Source of the DNA: Octopus sinensis
Lineage: Eukaryota
Length of the DNA: 64,000 nt
Direction: 5' to 3'
NCBI RefSeq assembly: GCF_006345805.1
Contig: NC_043001.1
Span: 45,260,001-45,324,000, forward strand
Numbering within the stretch: position 1 is the first letter of the stretch; every line of letters starts with the position of its first letter. The notes beneath the pieces were generated by a model. It was not told where the DNA came from, ran no database searches, and saw only the letters and a program-made list of their open reading frames with translations. Made by a program: the position numbers and the translations under genes. Positions 52,440 to 64,000 of the stretch are shown here, piece after piece.

Positions 52440-53612
52440 CTTTTTTTATTTGTTTCAAGTACTTGGATTGTAGCCACGTTTGCACTTTGCCCTGAAGGAT
52501 TCAGTCAAGCAAATCAACCCCCAGTACTTTTTGTTTTGTAGTCTGGTAGTTATTTTATCAGTCTCTTTTGCTGAACCACTAGGTTGCAGGAACATAAAAC
52601 AAACCAACACTGGTCATCAAGCAGTAGTAGCGGTCAAACATAAATACTCACACATATGTATACACATATATATGTATATATGTGAGTGTATATGTGTGTG
52701 TGTGTGTGTATGTATGTTTGCATGTGTATACGCACACACACATACATGATGGGCTTCTTTCAGTTTCTGTTTATCAAATCCACTCACAAGGCTTGAGGCT
52801 ATAGCAGAAGACACTTGCCTTATGTACAATGCAGTAGAAGTGAACCCAGAACCATGTGGTTGGGAAGCAAGCTCCTTACCACACAACCATCCCTATGTAT
52901 ATTTGTACAAAGCTAATGAATCACTTTGTTGTTACTCAGAGTTTCTTTTTCAAGACAGTCTTTTAATTAATAATAGATGCTCTGTTTCTATTGGAAAAAT
53001 GTAAATATTATGAAGTGCACTAGGTTTGATATTCAAATGGTTCAGATATTCATGTACTCATTTGATGACATCACTCTTTTCAGACAACATTGGACTGAAA
53101 AACTCTGTTTATATCAACTTTATACATTTATTCTGGGACTGCTTCAAATTAAATTTATCATTTTGAGAGCATTATCATGTGTGTTAATCATACATATGCT
53201 GCCTTAGTGCAATAGGGTTCATATTTTTCTGAGTCAGATTTGGTGCAAGTCTGAGATATTTATCCTTTATATTTTACTTGTTTCAGTCATTAGACTGTGG
53301 CCATGCTGGGGCACCACTCTGAAGAATTTTTAGTTGAATGTGTCAACCCCAGTACTTTTTTTTAAAGCCTGGTACTTATTATATTGGTTCTCTTTTGTCG
53401 AACCACTAAGTTACAGGGAGATAAACACACCAGCACCAGTTATCAGGCAGTGAAGGGGAGTGCACACACACGCACACACAAACCATCTACCAAATCAACT
53501 CACAAGGCTTTGGTCAGCCCCAGGCTATAGTAGAAGACACTTGGTCAAGATGTCACTCTGGAGAACTGAACCATGTGTTTGGGAAGCAAGCTTCTTACTA
53601 CACTGCTGCACC
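52440..53612 (-). mobile_element. Two SINE family B copies (about 52440-52890 and 53262-53612)
   Basis: Collinear with other copies. Partial heads also near 18110, 29410, 42500, 55230 and 57730. Confidence 0.85.
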
Positions 53613-56600
53613 TATTTGTTATAATTTTGTTTACTTTTCAAAGTTTATGTAGCTGTTTAACCTAGATCAGTCCTATCTGAGCAGACCTATAATCAAAGCA
53701 TTTCAATCATGACCACAGCATGTTTCTATCAGGAATTGCAAATCTAAGACTATATCATCCAATAGGCCCTTTCCATTCATGATTTCAAATTGTAATTTAA
53801 GGAAAATTTGATTGCTCTGTCTAGCAGGGTGAGCAGTCATTTAAACACTCACATTTTGGCTTGTTTTAAAGTGATTGTTTACAAATATATACCGGCTAAT
53901 AATGTTCCAGGTGTGCATGGGGAAATATGATTTGTGTGTGTTCTTAAAGTGTCCTAAGAAGAAAAAAATATTAAGTCTGACATTTTTAAATAAGTGACAT
54001 TGCAACCTTCATCAGAAAAAAAATATATATATGTTACAAATAGTAATAAAAACAAAAGTTAACTCAATTTTGCTGAAATTAAAATAGTATAAGATATTTG
54101 ACCCAAATAAAAATGTTAATGTCTTTTTAAATATCAGCATCAAAATATCATATTTAAATTGTTATCCTTTCTTTAAGACTAATTAATTACTGCTTGATTG
54201 GTAAACTCACAACTTTGAAATGTTTAAATGCCATGCTGACATCTAAAATAGCTTAATATCTTTCAGCAGAGAAATTAAATTAGCTAAACTAGAATGCTGA
54301 GTACGTTAAATGTTCGCCATTTCCTCTCTGAGAAATGAGATCATATCCTAAAATAAGTACCATTCTGTAGTCATTCAGTAATAAAATTTTAAAATAATTT
54401 TGATATTTGTTATTCCCTCAGCTTCTGCAACTCAATACTTATATTTACCGATATTAGTTTTCTTAATGAAAGATATACATGTTGAGTGAAAAGATTCAGA
54501 AATATTCAATATTCTTGGAGATATTACTAAAGATTGTAAAGATCTATTATGAGACTGGTTCATATGGAGAGTTTCATTGGTGAATGTCTCATAACCTAAT
54601 AGGGAACCACTGAAAACATTTATTTTCAGGTAATATATCTGAATTTATTAATTCTTTCCCTTAACTTTATTTTTTCCATATGCTCTCTATTGTATACACC
54701 AAGACATTGATGTAAAAACATTCTCTTGCAACATAAATGAGATGTGTATATAACTTTTGTTTTCTTTTGTGATCACAGGTTTATATCAGCAGGTGATCAG
54801 ACATTTCCCACCAAAGTTTAATACTTATTCTCAACAGCTAAAAAGACTGAAGCTATGCAGGATAAAATATTATGCTAGAAAGACAACATAATGCTTGCAG
54901 TAGATGCTAGTTATTTCATCTGCAGATACCATTTATGTAAGAGTTATTACAGATTAATAATTTTAGAGAAACATAAAGAATGAACAGGTTACTTCTCTCT
55001 TTTTATAATAATAAAAAAATTGTTGCTTATGAAAATATGAGAAATGGGGGTTAAGAGCAAATAAAATAATATGTTTTTTTTTACAGAGGAAGTGTAGTGC
55101 CCATAACCTCTTTGCAAGACTACTGATAGGGAAACAGAGGAGGACTAGTTTGCCATCCAAAAGCAGGTACAATCCTCTATATGGGCTTTCACAGAATTTA
55201 CTTTGAGTTATAAGCATAGAAAACAGCTGCCCAAAATGCTGCACAGTGGAATTGAACCTGAAACCACATAACTGTGAATTAAACTTCTTAATTACTTAAC
55301 TATGCTTGCCTCCATTTTTTCCCTCTTGATACTTAAATTTTATTTCTTTTTAATCTAAATATTACAGTTGCATTGTTGTAATTATATTACATGGACTTTT
55401 TTTTTTTCATTACTGTGGTCAAGGTTGCAAGCTGGCAGAATCATTATGATACTGGGCAAACTCCTTGGTGGCATTTAGTCTCTCTTAGGCTCTGAGTTCA
55501 AATTCCACCAATATCAACTTGCCTTTCATCCTTTCAGGATTGATAAAATATGTAATTGACTTACCCACTCCTCCGAAATTGTTGGCTTTATCCAAAATTT
55601 GAAACCACTAGTATAACTGTGGTTGCTATTAAAATCGGTAAATTTGCAAAAAAAAAAAGTTTCACTGAGGGATTGCTTGTAGATAGTGGACATATTTAAA
55701 AAATTATGCTATTCAAGTATTCATATCTTAAGATTATAGATAAACTTTAGTTAGTTGAGAGATGTTTTTCATATGGCTTTGTTGAAAAAAAAAAGGTTGA
55801 TGCTGAAGTTCACTGTAGTGAGGTACAATAAATGACTCATTTCAAATACAAAATTTAGCTTGGATGTCAACAGCTATGTTGTGCATTCTTTACTAGACTA
55901 ATAATATCACAAGCTTTATGTTTAAATAATTTACTAAGATTGTGCTTGGTAGTTAAGTAGTATAATGGAACTACGAGTTAATCTGGCAATGTATGTAAGT
56001 GTGTGTGTGTGTGCATGCACACACACACATGCACATTTTGGTAATACTAAAGTACACAAGTTACCACTTCTAAAAACGTAAGTAATGATTATTGCCTGCA
56101 ACATTTGTTTAATAATGTTAGCAAATAACCCTTGACTTCACATTTTCTGGTCAATGAATTGCTCATTTAGTGGATTATTTTATGATAAATTGTTTTTTTA
56201 TTATTATATATTGTTTGGAGAATGAAATTGTTCATGTTCTGGATTACTAATTGTCTCCATTTCTACTGCTCCAACCCAACCAATCTTCTGTTTTAAATTG
56301 TTATTGCCATTGCATCACGCTTCAAGAGCAGCTACATTATTCTAGTTGACTAGTTTAACTTAGTTAATGTAATTTCTCCACCACTATTAAATGACTACTG
56401 ACTTAAATGGATTAGGAGGGCATTAGCTCTACACTTATTTCAATGTATGAATTTGCAAACCTTTCTAATTTACATATGTGAAAGAAATAAAAACTGTGGC
56501 CTCATCAGCCACCTAACTGCCTTTTGGCTCTTTATGTTTTTAAATTACATTTCATTTGACTGATGATTGATTGTTTCCTAGACAGCATGTACAAAAGAGA

Positions 56601-59600
56601 AACACACAAACCACAGGGCAATCATAATGTTAAGTTATTGAGCTACTCATTGTGGATTTAATTTTTGCTTCAGTCACTATACTTAAATATTCTTTTCTAC
56701 TCTAGGCACAAGGCCCGAAATTTGGGGGGAGGGAACCAATCAATTAGATTGACCCCAGTATGTAACTGGTCCTTAATTTATCAACCCCGAAATGATGAAA
56801 GGCAAAGTCAACCGCAGTGGAATTTGAACACAGAACATAAAGACAGACAAAATACTGCTAAGCATTTCACCTAGTGTGCTAATGTTTCTGCCAGCTCACT
56901 TCCTTACTATACTTAAATACTGTTACAGCCATTGTACTGATTCTGGAGCTAAATTTTGTATCAGACATTGACAAGGCACCAAATTCTGACCATATCTATG
57001 AATACGGTTTCTTTTCTAAGCCCTTAATTTCAAAATCATTTATCTATCCTACACATATGTAGATGCAGGCATGGCTATGTAGGTAAGAAGTTTATTTCAC
57101 AATGACACTTAGAACTATTTTATCTTCTATCATAACTTCAGATTGACTAAGTTTTGGAAATTGTATGGAATCCCATATTCATGGCATATCAGCAAAGAAT
57201 GTAAACACTGGCAAATAAAGTGTTCATTGAGCAAGGTCCACAGAAACCCATTGTTCCTGCCATCAGAAATGAACCAGTGATGGGACAGTTCCAAACCTGT
57301 CATTAACAACAGTGTGATTCATTATTGAGATATAAAGTAAAATAAAGTAACACATTGGCTTTTTACTAATATATTTAAAAAAACAATTCCTGGTGATTAG
57401 AAAAGATTCAGATCTTGAGAAGGAACAGAATGAAATTCAAGCAGTGAATCTTAACACAGAACCTATCAGTCAATGATTCAATACAACACTCATTTTTGTG
57501 TTTACTTCATGTTGAAAATAAAATCAACTTATAAGGTTAGGTGAAACTTGTTGAAGTAGACTTTCTACAGTCAGATGCTCTTCCTGTCTCCAACCTCTGC
57601 CTGTTTTCCATGAAAGGCATTTTCATACAGACAGTCCTCACACACTGAAAGTACCAGAGCCATTGACACTTGTCTTGTGCTCAGCCAATGTTAAAAAGGG
57701 CATGTGAAAATCATTCATGTGCACACACATATATGATGGAATTCTTCACAGTTACTATCAGTCAAATTCACTCTCAAGGCACTGGTTGACTCAAAGCTAT
57801 AGTAGAAGATACTTGTGCAAGGTACCACACAATGGGACCAAATACAGAACCACATGGTTGCAAAATGAACTTCATAACCACACAACTATGTCTACACAAC
57901 AATGAAAATAAAAAATGCCTAAAAGCTGCTTCTCAGAAATTAGCAGTGCACACTTACTTAAGCAAATACAGTAGCACATAGTAATTAGATATAACCCTGT
58001 TGGCTAGAATATATATGTACATTAGCTCTCAGTGGTCAATACTGATCCAAATATCAACATGACAGAGTTGTCACAAAAATTCTTTTTTTAATAATTGATT
58101 AGTCTGTTGACACTGTTAAGTAATTATATACTATCCTGACATACACAACGATTATTGTTTTGCTTTACTTTCCTTTACAGTTTAGACTTTCATTCAAGTG
58201 CCCCAGAGCATAATGTCATGCAATATATAAGCTACACTTATGCATTAACCTTGGTAATGGACATAGAATTAATGTTATGCTATGAAGCGTATAATGCAAA
58301 TTTGTATAAGAAGTTCTCTTGTAAAGACCATTGATCAATAAGATATTGATTCATAATATAGAACAGAGAATTAGTGATAAAAAACTAGTAGACTAAAATG
58401 GCTATAATAAAAGAATAACTAATTACCTAGCAATCAGTGACTAAGAACAAATGATAAAATTTTAACAGTATTGCTTTATCTTTTTGTTCATTTTGGAATT
58501 GAAAATGTAATAAACAGTTAAATATTAAAATAATTAATCAAAATATAAAGTTATATTCACCACATGGTGTGTGTGTGTGTGTGTGTGTTTGTGTGTGCAC
58601 GCACGTGCATCAATCACAAGCATTTGAGTAGTCAGCTTTCTATCACAAAATTTTCTTAATATTGCCTAACAGCAAAATCCTTTATGTGCACAGCATTAAT
58701 AGGAAGAGAGAACCATAGCCCTGAATGATTCATAACAGAGCAGTGCTTCATTCCATTTTATAGTTTTAAGTAATTGTGATAAAATCTATGACAAGTCTAG
58801 TACCTATCCCCAACAGCTAAGATGAACTGAAGCCTAATAGAATTAAATGTCATGTCTTCGAATAAAGTAAATTTGAACTCAAGAAATCTGAGCTAATGGT
58901 TTAGCCATTTCATCTCTAATCTGTATGTTTCCTATACCGGAAACAAATAGTAATAAATGAGATATTTAACATTAGCTTGAAACCAGGAATGTCTTACTAA
59001 GTTGAAGAGCTAAGTTATGGAAGTCTATGTACTGAAAGCTAAACACAAATATTACATTTTATTCTTAATGTAGAATACTTTTTATCGCTACTTGTTTCAA
59101 TGTATACAGTATATTGTTTACTCCAATAATCAACACACTTGTTTAAAGATGTAGTACAACAGAAGCTGGAATATAACTTGGGACATTAAATTATGAAAGA
59201 AAAGAAACATGTGAAAGATATGAAAAAAAGTAAGCAAAATATATATATAGGATTGTTTTAGCAATAAAAGGAAGACATGGCTCTCATAGGAATGGGATAG
59301 TTAGTAAACAGAAGCAAGTTGAAGAAAAAGGTGAACAGAGCAAGCATTTTACATGGATGAGGAAGAGGAGTTGTCAATAGCAGTGACCAGTGTATTTGTA
59401 ACAAATACAAAATCTCATTCACACCAGTTTCAGAAGAATGTTAGATTTCACTAACTGAAAATGATAAAACAAAACCCTCTGATTTGAGATTAAAAGATTA
59501 AACTAACTGCTTTAATGACACATGACAACTTTTATTGACAATAAGCTTGTTATTCACTGAGAACCAGAAATAGAAATACCAGAAGATGAAAAGGATTATT

Positions 59601-61699
59601 AAAAATATTGATTTCTTATTTAGGTACAATGTTACAGATTTGTGTTAGGGGAATGAGATAGAGTAAACTTATACCTTATTATAGTATAAATGAAGCGAAG
59701 TAAATTACATTTATAGACTTAGTTTTGCACTTAGATTAAAGAAAAGAAAAATGTTTAAAAGATTCTTTATGACTAAAATTAGTGAAAAAGAATATAATAG
59801 TTTATGACAAAGTGAAGTGATACAGCACAAGGAAAATGGCTGTCACAAAAAAGAAAATATATTTTTTAACTGTAGAATTCTATAAAGATGGGATGATAAT
59901 TTCATAAAAAAAAGTATTAGAAAAATATGATTGATTTTGAAACTGAGAATAAAAGGGTATCAAATATTTGATTTAACTGAGTTACTATTTTGGCAAAGAA
60001 TTATTCTAAAATTAATATTTAAAATAAAGTCAAGAACTATTTTGGTATGGCCCAAGAAAATAATTATTGAAGACAGACTGAATTATCAAATAACTGAGAA
60101 AGAAGTACATATGATTAGCTGAGGAGTCTTTTGCTTTTGTTTTTTTATTGTATAAGAAGTGAAAACAGTACCACAGAAGTGAAATATGAAAATTATATAA
60201 GTATGGAGAGATAAAAAAGAGCAAAGAGAAAGATCAAAAATTTTCATTTTATTTAGAATGAAATAAACAGGTTCATTGAACCACTTATTTTAAGTTCCAT
60301 CTAGCTGATGTCAGATTAAAACTGATATTTTATTAATACAAAACTATTAAACACAAATATATAAAAGAAATTTAAGATGATGAAAATTTGAAGGTGATTA
60401 ATAATTATGAGAAAGAAGTTTAAATTATAAAAGGGGAAACTGAAGAAAATGATTTCACATATATGCCGAAAAAAACGGTTAGTGGAGATGGATGTCAGGT
60501 TATGAGACAAATCACAGAAACAATGTTGTAAGGAAACTGAATGTAAGGAAACTGAAGTTTATGATTAAATAAGAACCTTCTATTGTATGTTAGGAAATAT
60601 ATTTATCTGGAACTGCACAATTATAGTTTTGTTTAAAGATTTACTCAAGATGTTAATATAATATGTTGAAGAAGAGAAAAAATAAAAACTGAGAGGATGT
60701 CTTTAGCATTATAAGGCTGAAATTTTAGGAGGAACTTAAAAGAAATTAATATCTAATAACAATATTCTGAAACAAAAATTAAACAGCTTCTTTTAAAATG
60801 AACTGCAAAAGTCCAAATATATGATTAGAGACCATAACTAAACAAACTACTAGACTGAAAAAGATGAAATAAAGATCTTATTATCTTATAATCTAGTGAC
60901 AAGGCTTTCATTTTTTTTTCTCTCCAAAGAAGAGCAAGCATCCAAATCTTTATTCTTCCTCATAGCATAAAAAACGATTCACTATTTAGATTATTTGTAT
61001 TACTTTTTGCCAACGCAAAACATTACTAGCTTCCTCCAATTCTACTACTTTGCTAAACTGAAATTTCCATAAAAGAAAATCCTCAATAACCATCTAAATC
61101 AAACTAACGCATTGGAGATAAAAAAAAACCTATATTTTTTCACAGACTACTGTTAAAAAGAGTGTTAAAAGAATACATATAATTTTCAATATTTATACTA
61201 AAAAAATTGGAAATACTGCACTTTGTTATAATAAATCAAATAAAATCCTAATGTTAAACTCAATTTGAACATATTCCTTGTGGATTTGTTCCTATATTAT
61301 TAAAAACAAACACTAGACAATCCTGTATTATAAATGTCAGTAGGCAAAAGTATGACACAAATCAAAGTTGACTTTGGTACTGAAAATGTTAATAGATCCA
61401 AATATGCATACTAAATCTAATTAGTTAATTAAACATCATGTTTTAATGATATTTTTAAAATATCAAACTTGATTACTAGGAATCTTAATATATCTAAATA
61501 AACACATGACTACAAAAATGGGTGATGTTCATTCATTTCAAATCCAACATCTTTTACATTAAATTTTGGTATTAGTACAGGAATGTAATATTAGATGCTA
61601 TGGGATATCAGACAATGGATGCATACAATATATTGTAGGTATATTCAGCATGTGCAACAAAATACAAGCAAGTGTATATAACAAAGCTCAAGTATGCAC

Positions 61700-61747
61700 C
61701 TGCTTCACGAAGGATTGAGTCAACGAGATCATTGATCCCAAGAACAT
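61700..61747 (-). CDS. Candidate 48-nt internal coding exon of unidentified host gene, phase 1-1, (D)VLGINDLVDSILREA
   Basis: Acceptor aaattttactttcag, donor CAG|gtgcat, length 3n, open frame, CpGs retained in a CpG-poor background. Confidence 0.7.
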
Positions 61748-64000
61748 CTGAAAGTAAAATTTAATGTAAAGAACATTTACAATATCATGAATAAATACAC
61801 AGAAAAATATTGTCACTTCAAGTACATCATAAAAGAACCAAAAGATTAAAAATAATATTGATACTTTCATTAAATATTTTCAATAACATAATTAGTTTTA
61901 CATTATACACAAATATGCATACACAAAGACATTTTATTGATGCCTTCTTTTTATTTATAATGAAATGAATGATAAAGATTATGGGATAATGAAGGTTTTG
62001 GTGTAAATATTGGTAAAATATTTTAATTTGTGTAGCATACACACAAAAAAAACCCAACAGTATGACAAAATTCATTAAGAATTACAAAATTATAGCCTTT
62101 TTTTAAAGTATGAAATCATTACAAATTATGTTTAAAGAGGAATATAGATTACCAAAGTGGCTAGTGATTAACAAATAAGATTAATGGTGTACTCTGAAAA
62201 GTTGTAAGGAAAGAAAATATATTCCTTTCAAAGTTATTAATAGAAAGACTAAATACGTAAATATAAAAATAAATCTGAAAGAAAACAACTATAAAAGAAC
62301 ATAGACTATTTAGAGGATAAAACAACATCCTGCACATGCTTCTGCTCAGTTAACCATCATGAAAGACAAATCTTTGAAAATAATTTCAAAGAGACACAGA
62401 TGGTTATCTTTACCATAGTTATCCTAAATGGTTTCTATTAAATACTGTATTCTAGTTTATTCAAATGTTTTCATAATGCCAAAGTTATTTATCACAGCAA
62501 GAAGAAATAATAAAATATTAATAATAGAACATTAATTCAGAATGAATGACATTCTTTCAAAATAGACACAATTAAACCATAATAAATTAGAGATTAAAAA
62601 ATGACTGAAAATGAAAAAATTGGAACCAGTAACATTATAATCTATAAGAGAATGTAAAACAGCAAGGTTAAAAGCATTGAATTGAAGTATCATTACATTG
62701 TTTATTTATTTGCAAATTTAAACACTCTGATTTGATATTTTCAGAAATGCTATGTACTTCGCCCCCCCCCCATCTTTATTTTTTTCTTACAAAGATCCAC
62801 TAACTTAAACCAATGGGTGATATGTGTAAGCTGCATATTTCAAAGTGTCATTTAGGAAATTAAAACAGTGAAAATAAAAAGTGGATTTCTTCTCTTTCTA
62901 TTAAACAAAATATGAGATATTCCTTATGTGTCTTATATCAAAGACTAAGATATCAAAGACTAAGTATTACACATATACACCAAGTCAGAAAGGTAATGCT
63001 ATACAACCACTGGCCTCTGGCCTTTTATTGAACTATATCTTCTCTCTCTCTCTGTTGTTAATACAACTATCTCTGATTATCTAAACTTAGCAATTTCACA
63101 TATGCCCTACCTAAATCCATTTGATGTATCTGATTCTTTTCCATGATCCTCAGTGTTTATCACATCTACATCTATTAAATATTTTCCATTCCCCCTTCTA
63201 CAAAACAGTACTCCTGAAGCACTCTTTTCTAGTCCACATTCCATTTTCAACCACATGCATACAATTCAAGTGCAATATCTACTACATTAGCCTCTCTTGT
63301 TTATTTTGTTCTCAATGAGATAAAAAGTGAGAGAGAGAGAGAGAGAGAGCAAGAGAGAAGGAGGCTAACAAACCTGAGTACTGTACACCATCTCCAGACT
63401 AAGATAACCCAAAATATATAAATGAAAATTAAATCAGAAAAGTGCTGAATTCAAAACAGCAACTGTATTTGAAAAAGGAAAATCCAAGATATAAGAAATA
63501 GTATCTCTAATAAATAATTCTGTTAACTCTTCAGAGATTTTGAAAAGCTAACAAAACAGCAACCAAAACAACTAATCTTAGAATTACTGAAATGTTGGCC
63601 TTCGCTTCAATTCCAATGCAAGTAATCTACTGTGCTTTTCAACAGAGCAATTACACTTTGTAAGTTCAACAGACTATTAGGAATAATTGTCATGGTTATC
63701 TTTTTTGTTTCTTTTTTTTTTTTTTATTGATGAATGAAAATATCAGCCTGAAAAATAGGGGATTAATTTAGTTTTTTCATGCTGCTGAATGTAAAGATAA
63801 TTCTTAACTGTTGTTAGACAACAATATGCAAATTAGCTGACCAACTTATGAGTTAAGGAGCATTTTCTATACAGTTAAAAGCTATTATTCTCTTGATAAA
63901 AACGTTAAACGGAACTTAATGAGTTTGAAACTAGTTTTAAAGATAAAACTAGTTTTACAGATAAGAATGTAATTTTGCTGTGATATTGGTGTTTTTGTGG

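Noticed and set aside
59150-60900. A-rich, strand-biased tract resembling an ancient LINE
   Set aside because: No unambiguous RT or endonuclease motif recoverable by eye.
62935-62965. Short direct repeats (also near 34755 and 60527)
   Set aside because: Ordinary 10-15 bp slippage duplications.

Overview
AT-rich, CpG-poor, repeat-dense animal DNA. The SINE families and microsatellite load look like Octopus (inferred, not shown). The long six-frame ORFs are microsatellite or repeat artefacts, or transposon remnants. Manual splice-site reading suggests the whole window lies inside one minus-strand gene whose coding sequence here is split into very small exons. Candidates of 48, 48, 103, 9, 14, 16, 39, 9, 27, 10, 19 and 40 nt join into one stop-free frame of about 127 aa over about 60 kb. 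The chain includes two look-alike 48-nt 'DSIL' exons and frame-compensating microexon sets. Possible internal first exons include one downstream of a perfect CRE and one starting MGTGGSK. Two long fold-back inverted repeats (4208-5165, 8853-10262) sit just downstream of candidate microexons. A complete type-I hammerhead ribozyme core lies at 19362-19448. Mobile DNA: four different decayed Tc1/mariner elements, RTE, R4/Dong-like and Tx1-like LINE fragments, probable Penelope remnants, and dozens of SINE copies. The host gene cannot be named from sequence alone, and all exon calls need RNA evidence. Repeat coordinates are approximate.
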